From positions 49,063,295 to 49,126,949 of the forward strand of contig NC_068991.1 in the NCBI RefSeq assembly GCF_001194135.2: 63,655 nucleotides of DNA, given 5' to 3'. Below are positions 50,826-63,617 of the stretch, one piece after another. The stretch's first letter is position 1. Every line of letters starts with the position of its first letter. The position numbers and the translations under genes were made by a program. A model generated the notes under the pieces. That model ran no database searches, was not told the origin of the DNA, and was given only the letters and a program-made list of their open reading frames with translations. The DNA is from Octopus bimaculoides. Taxonomy: Eukaryota.

Positions 50826-51720
50826 TTTAAAAGAATTGACGTAACTTTTCACAAATGTAAATAGAAAACATGAAGAGCATGATGGGATTGCAACAGATAT
50901 TTTATTGGTTGAACGATATTTCGATAGCAAGACTGTCTTTTCTCGAATTCAAAATGAAAAATGATAAAAATTCTAAATTATCGAAATTCAAATCCAAAAT
51001 ATGAACGAGCACAACCAGCGTCCACACGTTGACAGAATGACATCATCAGTCTTTAAGTTTCAATTTTATAACTGGCGAAAAGAAAAAGAAAGAAAAAAAA
51101 CGAAAAAAAATTAAAAATAAAGAAAAAAGAAAAGGAAAAAAGAAGAATATTTAATCAAACAGTTTTGTGTAAATTTGATGAAATTCTCCTGTCATTTTAT
51201 TCATTCCTCCAGGGCATAATGATAAAACCTCACAATCATATCTCTCCTCATGCATTTTGAGTACTGAAATTGTGGCAACTTCGGAATATTTTCTGAGAAT
51301 ATACATTTCCAAGTCTTTTTTTGCAAAGTCGCAGCCGTTTGATGCAAAATGTTCGGCAAGTTCTATCGATCTACTCTTATTGTGCCTGACGTCATATATC
51401 TGCCCATTGAATCTTTTGTTTAATTGTTCTGTTGTACAACCGACATAAATCAAGTTGTGTTTCTTTCTACCAGTTGTAAAATTGAACTTTGAAGACTGAT
51501 GATATCATTCCATCAACGTGTGGACGCTGGTTGCTCTCGTTCGTATTTTGGATTTGAATTTCTAATTTAAAACTTTTGTCACTTTTCATTTTGAACTCGA
51601 CAAAGACAGGCTTGCTATTGAAATATCGTTCTTGTAATAGAACATCTATTGCAATCGCATCGCGCTCTTCGTATAATCTGTTTACTTTTGTGAAGAGTTA
51701 CGTCAATCCTTTTAAAATAT
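50826..51720 (-). mobile_element. Penelope-like 3' end: GIY-YIG endonuclease ORF between inverted pLTRs of about 250 bp
   Basis: ORF 51151-51453 MIYVGCTTEQLNKRFNGQIYDVRHNKSRSIELAEHF...LCPGGMN; arms 50826-51075 and 51468-51720 are reverse complements; a third partial copy lies at 51820-51905. Confidence 0.85.
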
Positions 51721-51971
51721 CCAAATCAAGTAGCTTGAGATAATTGATTTTATGTTATATTGGACGGTCTTACATCAAATATACCAATGTGTGCATCACA
51801 GCCTGACGATTCATTGCTTAAGGCTGATGATGTCATTCCATCAACGTGTGGACGCTGGCTGTTCACGTTCGTATTTTGGATTTGAATTTCTATAATTTTG
51901 AATTTTTATCACTATTGTCTATTATTATTATTATTATTATTATTTCATTATTATTATTATTATTATTATTA

Positions 51972-52002
<31 letters not shown>

Positions 52003-52028
52003 CATCATCATCATCATCATTATTATTA

Positions 52029-52095
<67 letters not shown>

Positions 52096-52099
52096 GTTA

Positions 52100-52560
52100 T
52101 TTTTTTCTTCCTTCTTCAAATTTTCTTCCATTTCTCGCCGAGTGTCTTCCGTACATCTAGGGCAGAGAAACTCGTTGTATGCATTCCCAGATTGCACACA
52201 CAAATTCAAAGGTAAAATATGTATTAAAAAAAAAAAATTCATGAATGGATGTTGTTTTCACAGCGATAATGCTCTTCTCAGTACATGAGTCGTTCCAGTT
52301 AACACGATTTTTTGCACTTCCTCTAGGCATGGTAAGCCTGGTATCATTTTCAAATAGGTTTCAGTACCCTTTTTTTTTATCATTCCTAGAGATCCTACAG
52401 TCACTGGTATGGTAGTCGCCTTGAGGTGCCACATTTTTTTCAATTTCTATTAGCAAGGCTTTATATTTACTGATCTTGTGAAATTCTTTCGCTGCTATTT
52501 TATGATCACAAGGAATACTCATGTCAATTAATAAACACGTCTTCTTTGTCTTATCTTTTA
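52100..52560 (-). mobile_element. Second Dong/R4-like 3' end flanked on both sides by (TAA)n
   Basis: KDKTKKTCLLIDMSIPCDHKIAAKEFHKISKYKALLIEIEKMWHLKATTIPVTVGSLG...VQKIVLTGTTHVLRRALSL*; the 3' UTR runs into (TAA)n. Confidence 0.88.
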
Positions 52561-52571
52561 TAATAATAATA

Positions 52572-52662
<91 letters not shown>

Positions 52663-53313
52663 GTTATTATTATTATTATTACTTTAGACACAAGTCAGTT
52701 CTTATCCAGCAGACACATGGATGATTAATGACTCACATTTTCAGGTAGCATAGTGTTTCTAAGACTAACTACATTATCCAATGTGCTCTTCATTTATTTA
52801 AAGACAATGGAGTGCAATCTAAGAAAGACCTCGATAGATTAACCTAATATCCAGTGGTGTGTGAGACCTGACTCTCATTCATAAATGAGCTATCCTAATA
52901 TGCTTTCCATTCAGTCCTATTTTCTTTTTCTTCTTTCCTTATTGTCTTCTCATCTTTCTTTTCCTTTTTGTCCTTCCTTTCTTTCTAGACTATTATCAAA
53001 ACGGTTCTTTCTATCATTCGTTCGTTTATTCTCTCGTTCCTGTATTCCTTCTCATTAATTACATGTCATTATTCTTATTCTTATTCTTATTCTTAATCCT
53101 TGTTCTTTCATCCTTTCATTCTTTCCTATCTACCTTTATATCTTTTTATTTCCCTATCTTTCATTTATTTTTATTCATTTATTTATTTATTTATTTTGTT
53201 TTTCATTTTTCATTCATTCTTTCTTTTCTCTCTTTTTTTCCTTAATTGACCAGTACTTGACTCCCCACTTCAACGATGATAACAACAGTAACAACAACAA
53301 TAATAATATCATT

Positions 53314-53380
<67 letters not shown>

Positions 53381-54229
53381 GGAAGGAAGGAAGGGAAGAA
53401 GGAATAAAAATAGAAGGCAAGTTGGGGAAAGGCAGTAAGCAAGAAGAAAGGTAAAGAAAAAAAGAAAAAGGAAAAAATTACAAAACCGACAAGAAATGAG
53501 ATATATACGGGTATATTCGTCCGTCACCCACCCCCTCACCCTTAGACCGCCACCTTTTTCGTTTACAAATACCCATGCCCATACCCACACTACCTCGAGT
53601 GAGTGAGTGTGTGTGTGTGTGTGTATGTGTGTGTGTGTGTGTTTATGTTGTCCCTAAAGTGATAGCTGCTAATTGAGTACCTTGTAACCCGCGTTTATAT
53701 CACGTGATCTAATTCCCTGTGTGTTCTTTCATCACAGCCGACTGCCTCAAAATGGTCCGCTTCAGAGATAGATGGCCAGGTTTTTGTTTGTGTGCTGATG
53801 TGTGTGTGTAGGGGGGGAGAGTAAGAGAAGAGGTGGTGAGGATGTGAGGGAGGGGGGTCAGCCTAAGGGTATGTGCTAGTGATAGCGACGATGGTAGGGG
53901 GTACGTGTTCACTCATATATGAGTAAATGTTCCTAGGTGGTTTTTTTTTTCTTTGAGTTTCTTTTTTAATATCGTTGGCCACATTACCGACACCACCAAG
54001 TCGGTGGTGTAGCTGAGTCGGCGGGGTGACAAACGCGGTAGGACGCAAAACCCTGTACTCTAGTTCTCCCTGTCAAGATTTTAACCATGTACCTCTGAGT
54101 TCATATCTTCAATAAGAGCCTTTAATACTCTTAGGGGTCAATATAAGACTTTTGAGGGTCCACCCAAGCAAAATAATACATTGGGGAGCCACAATAGTAT
54201 TTCAGGGGTCCATGAAAAAATTTTGTTTT

Positions 54230-54580
54230 CAGGGGTTCTGAACCATTTTTTTTATCTATGGACCCCTTTGATAACTATTTTATTCTGGTAGACCCACATA
54301 GCCATTCGATGTTTAAAGACTAGTTTTATAGAAACTCCTTACAAAACTCCTATTGTTTTTCACATGTTTACTTGTGAAAGGTCGAACTGTCTAAAATGCT
54401 ACAGAAAGAAACCAAACTGTTTCTTGCAATACATACCAATACATGCAACTACAGCAAAAAATTTTTCAACGGCCCTTAAAATACTATTGTGTATTCCCAA
54501 TTTACTGTTTCGTTGCATGGACCCTCAAAAGTCTTATATGGAGTCTTAGGGACCATATAGACCCCGGTTGAGAACCACTG
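54230..54580. mobile_element. hAT Charlie-like MITE related to 37748-38048, with adjacent partial copies
   Basis: CAGGGGTTCTGAACC ... GGTTGAGAACCACTG; internal similarity to the 37.7 kb copy; no clear TSD. Confidence 0.75.
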
Positions 54581-55769
54581 TTTTAATTGTGTTTATTGCA
54601 AGAAACAACTAGGTTTCTTTAACGCTTAACATAGTTCAACACGTTTCCGGTTACTGAAATATGTTCTCCCAGAGAATGCTATTGCAAATCTATACAAGTT
54701 AATATGTGAAAAACGAAATAGGTATTTGGAAAGAAGTATCTATAAAACTAGCTTTTAAACATATGAGGGTCCACCAGAGTAAAAAAAGAAATCAAAGGGG
54801 TCCATAAATAGATAAAAATTGTTAAGCACCACTGTTATTATCTAACCGTGCTGTTACTGAACTGAGCTGCGTTCGTTTCCTTGAGAATAGTTTTGTAAAT
54901 AAGATGCTGTTACCCCCCAGTTCATAACTCCTTGCTACCAGAAACGTAGTCGGGTTGTTTTAAAGTTAGTGGGATAGCGAACAAATATAAAAGGGCACCG
55001 TGACACATCAAGCAATTTTTTAATCAGTCCTTTTGTATTACGCGAGATATTTCACAAGTTATAGTATACGTAATTGTATTCAACATTTCATGTTTCAGTA
55101 ACTACTGATATTGGTGTGAAAAAGATGAAACTCCACGAGATCGTCCAATGTCGAGAGATTATGACGTCAGAGTTTATTTTGATTCATCACATATCAGCGG
55201 TCACCAACACATCGCAGGATACTGAGCTGACAATTCAAAAATACGGGAGGTTGGTCAATTAAAGTGATGAGTCCAGAAAGTTCTTCCAAGGCCAAGCGAT
55301 TAACAAAGATTAAAAAAAAAAGATTCGATTTTCATCACATAAGCGAATTAAAGAGTTATACAAAATTGTTGAAAGGGCGCCAATTATGAAAAATGGGAAG
55401 GTGGGGTGCAGTCTCTTCCTTTGCTCTCCTATTAGCAATGCTACTGCTTTCTAACCACTTATAAGTCACCAAGTTGTAATTATTATTCAGGACCAGGTCA
55501 GTTCTTGATCCAGCCAACTTATAATCAATGATTTCCAGCCACGACCATCCAGGCTTTCTATCGATCACTGTATCTAGAACTACATTATCCGAAGCAGCAT
55601 CTTTTTCTTAATGTGTAATTTGAGGTAGGGTGGTTTTCTATTTTCCTCAGGTCGATTGAGCACGTAAAAAGACATCTTTGAAGTTTCAGAAAGCAACTTC
55701 GTAGAAATCTTTAAGAAATACATTGAAGAAATGTGTATACAGCTTATGCATGATGATAACATTTTGTTG

Positions 55770-56450
55770 TGTGGTATGTTGCATTTATGCTAGGTGATGT
55801 TCAGCTATATAGCATTTTGTCACCAGATGTTTACTACATGATGTTTATACATAGTACTTTTGTTACATGGCGTTTAGGTATGTGACATTTTTATCATGTA
55901 TTGCTTAGGTATGTAATATCTTTGGCGTATAGTGCTTCGGTATGTAGCATTTTTGTATGAGGCGCTTATATAGTATTTTTGGCTTATGGTGTTCAAGCTA
56001 CGAAAATTTTTGCACGTGGTGTTTATGTAGCATTTTTGGCGTATGGTGTTTAGATATGTAGCATTTTTCACATATTATTTAACTCTACACTTTGTGCCAC
56101 ATAATGTTGTAACATAAGTATGTAACATTTTTGTCACAAGAGGTTTAAGTACGTAGCATTTTTGTTACATAGGATTTAAAAATGTAATATTTGCGACATG
56201 GTGTTTATGTAGCTTTATTGCCATACGGTATTAAGGCATGTGAAATCGTTTGTCACATGGTGCTTAGATGTGTAACATTTTTGCTAAATAGTGTTTAGGT
56301 ATGTAGCATTTTTGTCATATGGTGTTTAGGTATGTAGCATTTTTGTCACGTGGTGTTTAGGTATGTAGCATTTTTGTCATATGGTGTTTAGGTATGTAAC
56401 ATTTTTTGTCACATGGTGTTTAGGAATGTAGCATTTTTGTTAACTGGTTT
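55770..56450 (+). repeat. 31-bp minisatellite (ATGTAGCATTTTTGTCAyATGGTGTTTAGGT), about 20 copies
   Basis: Near-perfect units at 56300-56440, degenerating leftwards. Confidence 0.9.
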
Positions 56451-57639
56451 ATTATTTTAGATTTGAGTATTTACTGTAAACTCGTAGCCAGTCAGGTATC
56501 TCAGGCAAGGTCCTTCTGTAGTACTTAAAATTACTGTTATTTTTCATTCATTTCTTTTTCAATTACTTTCTTGAGAAACGATTGCACAGCATTCGCTACA
56601 TAATACATTCGGCCTTACTTAATCGCAACCCTGCTGTTTACTTACATTTCAATTTATCCACGCCCCAAAATGACTTCAATCCATCCCGAGGAGAATTCTC
56701 AAATTTTATAGCGTGGCCTTTCAGACTGCGATGTACAGCTTGTTGATTTCATACAAACTTACAAGCGTGAATCTTACATTCTTGTATATTTTCTACAAAA
56801 ATGAATTTCCTCCCTTGAACCGCTTGTATTTCTAATTTAAGAGCAATAGATTTTCCCTTGAGTGTCTGTAGTCGGCAATTCCTGAATAATTTAGACAACC
56901 TATCATTAAGTTGTTGCCGGTAGTTTGTAAATTTAATGTTTACTTTGTGAACCCAATATTAATGATAGTATCGTCTTGTCTAAGGTTTCCTAATTATATG
57001 TGTGAATGTAGGTGGGGGTGTATCTGTATTGTTTGTATGTATTTGTGTGTAAGCGCGTGTGTATGCAAGTATGTGTGCGTGAAAGCTGAGTACAACTTGT
57101 TGAAGAAAAATACAATGAAATAATGCAGGACATTATATATTAGTTATATATGAACTATGACATCAGCTATGTCCCCTATTTGTATAAATTATCTCACAGC
57201 CTTTTGTAAACCATGAGTGGTTGTTAAATGGTGTAGTAAAATCCTCAGTTATAAATAAATGACGGTCTGATGAAAGTGAGAGATGTATCAGAATACCATT
57301 CTAAAACAGATTGTTTGCAGTTAACGCTTTTTCTTATAGGCGTTGTTAGAAACTAAAGTGCAACATTCATGATCGTTTTCTGGGCCTCACTGACTGATAA
57401 AAAGAGAGGAGTAAGTTACTTTTAGAACTGAGATTTAGCTCGAAAACTTGCAACAAGGTAGAGTCCGCTAAAAGCACAAATAGGACCAGGTGGCATTGTT
57501 AGACTGAATGAGGGATTAAATTTACCACCTAAAAATAGAAAATGTCTATTTTGTAGGCTTCCTCGCAATCTCAGTGTACCAAATGTCACACACAACGCTT
57601 TGGCTAATCTGAGGATATGGTAAAAGTTATTTAATCAAA

Positions 57640-58070
57640 GTACTGCGCAGTGGGATCGAACTCAGAATCATGTGTGGGTTCAGTCCCACAGCATGACATC
57701 TTGGGCAAGTGTCTTCTACTATAGCTCTGGCCGTTCACAGCCTTGTGTGTGGATTTAGTAGACGGCAACTGAAAGAAGCCATCGTATGTAACTACATATA
57801 TATATGTGTGTGTGTATGTATGTGTATGTGTGTGTGTATGTATGTGTATGTGTGTGTGTCTGTGTTTGTGTTTGTTCCCACCACCGCTTTTTAACCGGTG
57901 TTGTTTTGTTTACGTCTTCGTAATGGTAGCGGCTCGATAAAAGAGACCAGATGGAATAAGGATTAGGCTTTAAAAAATAAGTATTGGGGTCGATTCATTA
58001 ATCTAAACCCTTCAATCTGGCGCTCCAGCATGACCGCAGTCCAATGATTCAAAGAAGTAAAAAGATATAA
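57640..58070 (+). mobile_element. SINE family A plus family C composite
   Basis: Matches the other A/C copies. Confidence 0.8.
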
Positions 58071-58399
58071 GTTAAGAGATCTTTTCCTCACTCTGGAAAG
58101 ACGTTGTCTCATGTCTATTAATTGTCATAGTAATAGCTTCATCAGTGTCAGATATGTCTCTAGGGGGGGGGGTGATGGTTGGCTTGACATGCATTCGCCA
58201 GCACGTGTCAGGACTAAGAGCTAATGAATATTCACATCAGAAAGAACCTATTCACCACAAAAATACCAAAAAAAAAACACGGGTATCAATTTTAATGGTA
58301 AATATTTGAAACATTGATGTCAAATATTGGCGCAACCTATCAATTTATGGTAAGAAGGGTACATCAATTACTTCAACATTACTACTCAATTTGTATTTG

Positions 58400-58762
58400 C
58401 TTTATCAACCCGAAAGGATGAAAAGTAAAATCGACCTTGGAGTTATTTGAACTTAGACCATAAAGACGGATGAAATACCGGTAAGTAATTTTGTCCAACG
58501 TGCTAACGATTCTGCCAGCACGCCGCCCTAAATATTTAACAGATTGGTTTGAAACTTTGGTACAAGGACAGCAAGTTCGGGGGAAGGTGTAAGTCGATTA
58601 TATTGACACCAGTGCATAACTGGTACTTATTTTATCGACCCGAAAGGCATGAAAAACAAAGTCGACGTCCGTGGAAATTAAACGCAGAACGTAAAGACGG
58701 ACGAAATATTGATAAGCATTTTTGCCCAGCGTGCTTACAATTCAGCAAGCACACCGCCTTAA
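58400..58762 (-). mobile_element. Two tandem SINE family B copies
   Basis: Same arrangement as 8005-8438. Confidence 0.8.
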
Positions 58763-58978
58763 ATATATAGCATCTAAAAACATGGATTTCAAAAGAAAAT
58801 ATTTCGAAAATTAACTTAAATTTACATTTCAAAATATAAATTTTAAAACTAAATATTTAGAATTTTAGACTGATTATAAATTTGAAACTATGAATACTGA
58901 ATCTAAATTATTTTTGAGGTACGTATGAATCTGTCAAAGTTTCAAGGGCGTATATATGTTTGTGAGTGTACATGTGTG

Positions 58979-59009
<31 letters not shown>

Positions 59010-59171
59010 ATACATATAGATGCTCAAACACACACACACACACACACATATGAAATACGAATGAGTTTTCGTCAGTTTGACTAACAGGTGTGCGTTCAAG
59101 CGACCCTCGTGCTTTTCTCCTGGTTATCTGTCCCTTCCTATTCTTCCTCTTCACTGGACTTTCTTCTACAA

Positions 59172-59196
59172 TCCGATGAAGAGCTATGCTCGAAAC
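59172..59196 (+). other. Inactivated hammerhead core relic
   Basis: CCGATGA-A-GAGC[tat]GCTC-GAAAC; the core U is changed to C and no GUH follows. Confidence 0.45.
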
Positions 59197-59332
59197 AACA
59201 TATTTGATATTTTTCAATTTTTCATCTAAAAGTTTCACGTGTGTCAAATTAATATATCCCCTGTGTACGTCCATCTGAATTTGTTTTACGTTTTCATTCT
59301 TGAAGTTGCCAAACGTCACCGATTTGCCCGTA

Positions 59333-59363
<31 letters not shown>

Positions 59364-59601
59364 ATGATATATATGTATGGTGGGGTGTATACACACGTTA
59401 ATATCGAACAGTGAGAATAAGTGTTGAACACCATATTGATGGATCGATATCCTTTATCTGTGGTTTAACCAGTCTACCATTCGTTATATGTCAAGAGAGA
59501 GATATCTCTTTTAACATGAAACCAATGGCAGCCTCGTTAATCCACATATGTATATGTATATATATATATCTATATATAATACATATATATATATATTTAT
59601 G

Positions 59602-59661
<60 letters not shown>

Positions 59662-61748
59662 ATCTAACGCGTGCGCTAGTAAATTTAGGATATATACACA
59701 CTTAATAATACATATATGTGTGCGTGAGTGCCTTTGTGTGTATGTGTGTGTGTGTGTGTGTGTGTGTATAGATACACATTTGTATGTGTGTATATACAAA
59801 TACATACACACACGGATATATACACGAATCGGATGCATATATGATAAAGGACAGACACACGTGTAATAATGCATAGATCATATGTAAATACACACATTCA
59901 TGCATATGTAGGTAGTTATATACTTATATGTTCAAAGACACTCAAGCACAGGTCTATAGGTTTGCGTGTGCATGTATGAGTGTGTGTGTGTCTGTCTGTG
60001 TATGTGTGTGTGTGTGAGACAGACCGACAGACAGACAGACAGACAGACAGCAAGTACCACCGTTTATACCTCAACTGTTTATAGCTCTTGATTCTGTGTG
60101 TGTGCGTGAACAAAACGGTTGCCAGGGGCAACGGTATTTAATCTTGTCTCATTTATTAAGTGTTTTTCGCTCGATTTATTTCCGGGTTGGAGGCAAGACG
60201 TGAATTTAAAAGCTAAATTACCTTCGTCTCGGGTTTTGGTTCTGCTACACAGTGCTGCTGCTATTGCTGTTGTTGTTGTTGTTGTTGGGTTTGTAATTGT
60301 ATGTGTGTGTGTGTGCTTCGCGTACTGAGATGTTGTTGCTGTTGCTGTTTTGGTTTCTTATGTTCACTCCCATGGTTACTTGTTGTTTTTGTTGTTGTGG
60401 CTGATTTTGTTAGTTCTGGTTTCTCATGCTTATTATTATTATTATTATCATTTTATGATATTTATTTCTTTTATGTCTGTTTTGGGATTTATGATTGTTG
60501 TTATTGTTGCTATTTCCTGGATGACGACGATGATGATAATGATGGTGATGGTGATGTTTGTTATTTTACCGTTGTTTTTGTGTTAGTTTTCTTTCCCGTT
60601 GTTGGATGTATATTGTTTTCCATGTTGTTGGCGTTACGGTCTTTGTACTGTGGTCTTAGGTTGATATTGTACTTAAAATTGTTCTGAGCAACCTTGTTGC
60701 AGTTGTTTTCTTTTGTGTTTTGTTCTAATATTTATTGCTGTTTTGTGGTTATTCTTGATGTTGTTGCTGTTTCTGTCTCTACTGCTGCTGCTGTTACCGT
60801 TATTGTGGATCCGAGTCAAGCCTGATTTGTCAGTATGGCACGTAAGTTGTCGACTGAACCGACTAAGTGCGGTTCACAGATCAACTGATCCGCGTATGTT
60901 CCCATAGGTAAGGACGGTATTGCACACTCCGACAAACATTGATGAATATTACAGGATACAGAGTGACACAATGGAGATGCTGTAGACCTCACGACATTGC
61001 CCTGTGTTTCACTGAACATGTGTAGATTCTGGTTGAGAGGCCCACTCTTAACTTTTCTAGAGAGTTTGGGGGTTTGCATCATGCGAATTTGTTCCTCCTG
61101 TTGTTTTGCGATAAGGGTCTACATATGAAAAATATGTGCAGCGAGGTGTCAGACAAAATGTTTCGCAATATTTATTCCGACACTGTGCGTTCTGATTCTA
61201 AACCCAGTCGAGATCAACTTTGCTTTTCTTCCTTTTGAGGTTAATAAAAAAAAAAGAATATCACTCCAAGTGGGTGCATTGATGGAACTATAAGAACATT
61301 GGATCGGTTGCCTTGCAGTTTTTGTCTCGGCTCTTTGCTTTCTGAGTTCATATCCTACCATAGCCTATTTGGGTGGTAGACGTAACCCGTCGCCCAGTTA
61401 AGAACCATAACTTTGTACTTTGGGTGCCATTAGCAGAGACAAGTCTGTGGTAAGCATTTGAGCCGAGCCAAGTCTCCGGTTCGAAGATACCTTCTTATGT
61501 CCCTTCTACTAGTCTTGAAGGCCTGCAAAGGACGATGGGTACTGTTATTTTTTTCCCCTCTTAACAAAAAAATAAAGAAGTGATGATATTGTTCGAACAG
61601 AAGCAAGCTGTGACAAAACCATATTCTTTTCTGGTATATTTCACATATAAATTTCACTACAGGAAGATATTCTTTTCGATTGGGCATCATCACAATTTCG
61701 GTACCTTTTGACTACATCGCTCCTTCCATACGTACATACATACATACA

Positions 61749-61780
<32 letters not shown>

Positions 61781-62509
61781 CATACAATAACAAGTCTTGT
61801 ACCTTCATCAGAAGTCTTGTGCCGTGTTTTTCCTTTTTTTTTTTTTGGAGGCAGGGTCTCANNNNNNNNNNNNNNNNNNNNNNNNNNNNNNNNNNNNNNN
61901 NNNNNNNNNNNNNNNNNNNNNNNNNNNNNNNNNNNNNNNNNNNNNNNNNNNNNNNNNNNNNNNNNNNNNNNNNNNNNNNNNNNNNNNNNNNNNNNNNNNN
62001 NNNNNNNNNNNNNNNNNNNNNNNNNNNNNNNNNNNNNNNNNNNNNNNNNNNNNNNNNNNNNNNNNNNNNNNNNNNNNNNNNNNNNNNNNNNNNNNNNNNN
62101 NNNNNNNNNNNNNNNNNNNNNNNNNNNNNNNNNNNNNNNNNNNNNNNNNNNNNNNNNNNNNNNNNNNNNNNNNNNNNNNNNNNNNNNNNNNNNNNNNNNN
62201 NNNNNNNNNNNNNNNNNNNNNNNNNNNNNNNNNNNNNNNNNNNNNNNNNNNNNNNNNNNNNNNNNNNNNNNNNNNNNNNNNNNNNNNNNNNNNNNNNNNN
62301 NNNNNNNNNNNNNNNNNNNNNNNNNNNNNNNNNNNNNNNNNNNNNNNNNNNNNNNNNNNNNNNNNNNNNNNNNNNNNNNNNNNNNNNNNNNNNNNNNNNN
62401 NNNNNNNNNNNNNNNNNNNNNNNNNNNNNNNNNNNNNNNNNNNNNNNNNACACACACACACACACACACACATACACACAAACACATAAATATAACCTTT
62501 TTGATGTGA

Positions 62510-63510
62510 CTATGCTCTATACTGTTTTCTCCCCAATTCTCTCTAATTCTCTTTTTCTCCCTTTCATCATTTTCTATGTCTCACTCTCCACCTCTTTCTC
62601 TTTTCTTCTCTCGTTGCTTACACGTGACCATCGTCCATCTTTCCTTTCTTCACATGACCATCTTTCTTTACGGGTCCGACTTTCTAAGGATTGGACGTTA
62701 CCTATCTTTCTCTTCTATCATTTCTCTTTTCAAAGAAAATATTTCTCTCGCTGTTCACTATTTTTCCCTCGTTCAGGTCTAATGACCCTCCATGTTTGTT
62801 TTCGTTCGGTTTCACTGTATGTCTCCACTGTCCTGTTTTTGTTCCTAATTTTGACCCCATCCATAATCCAGAATTTATTTTGGTATTTATGGGAGCATCT
62901 GTCTTCGAGGACTAATATTCTCGTTGATTGCTCGAAATGGGGAATTGACAGACAGCCGACAACTGATGAAGGGTCGAATTTGTATTCTTTGTATTAATTG
63001 TTTTGTTTCCCATTTTTTCTCTCGTTATTTGCGTATTTAACTCTCCCGAATCCTCTCTAATTCCCTTTTACCGTTTTTTATCTGTCGCTCTCTGTCCTCC
63101 TCTTTCTCTATTTTCTCTTTCGTTGCTCACACGTGACCATCGTCCATCTTCCCTTTCTTCACGTGATCATCTTTCTTTACAACGTCCGTCTACGGACTGG
63201 ACGTCTCCTATTTCTTTCTTCTATCCTTTCTCTTTTCCAAGAAAATATTTATCTCAGCGTTCACTATTTTCCCCTCATCCAGGTCTAACGGCCGTGCATG
63301 TTTGTTTTCGTTCGGCTTCCTTGTATGACTCCACTGTCCTGTTTTTGCTCCTGACTTTGACCCTCCAAAAATCCGAAATTTTATTTTGGTATTTATGGGA
63401 ACAACTGTCTTCGAAGACTCATATTGTCGTTGATTACTCGAAATGGGGAGTCGGTAGACAACCGACAACTGATGAAGGGTCGACTTTGTAGGCTTTGTAT
63501 TACTTGCCAG
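62510..63510 (+). repeat. Tandem dimer of an approximately 507-bp unit, possibly pLTR-like
   Basis: CACGTGACCATCGTCCATCT at 62621 and 63130; AACTGATGAAGGGTCGA at 62961 and 63467. Confidence 0.85.
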
Positions 63511-63617
63511 TTTTCCAGTTTTTGGTTCTGTATTTAACTCATTTGTTTTCGTATTTCATGTTGTTTGCCGTTGGTGACAACCTGCACCCATATTTGCATA
63601 TATTTATATATTATATA

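Noticed and set aside
34370-52680. Idea that SINE B is mobilised by the TAA-associated Dong-like LINE
   Set aside because: Sense-strand tails have opposite polarity (ATT for the SINE, AAT for the LINE) and no shared 3' sequence was seen
53735-53790. Candidate exon with ATGGTCCGCTTCAGAGATAGATGG (MVRFRDRW, superficially like the POP5 N-terminus)
   Set aside because: The similarity is four residues only, the donor is weak and there are no following exons
55085-55760. Short ORFs in unique-looking sequence on both strands
   Set aside because: No recognisable family and no consistent splice structure
60800-60915. Candidate exon with GTAAGT/GTAAGG donors (ATGGCAC|gtaagt, CCATAG|gtaagg)
   Set aside because: No recognisable peptide, no convincing acceptor and no partner exons
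61400-61790. Possible third CATA-associated RLE fragment on the minus strand
   Set aside because: Only vague Cys spacing; no endonuclease or RT motif could be recognised
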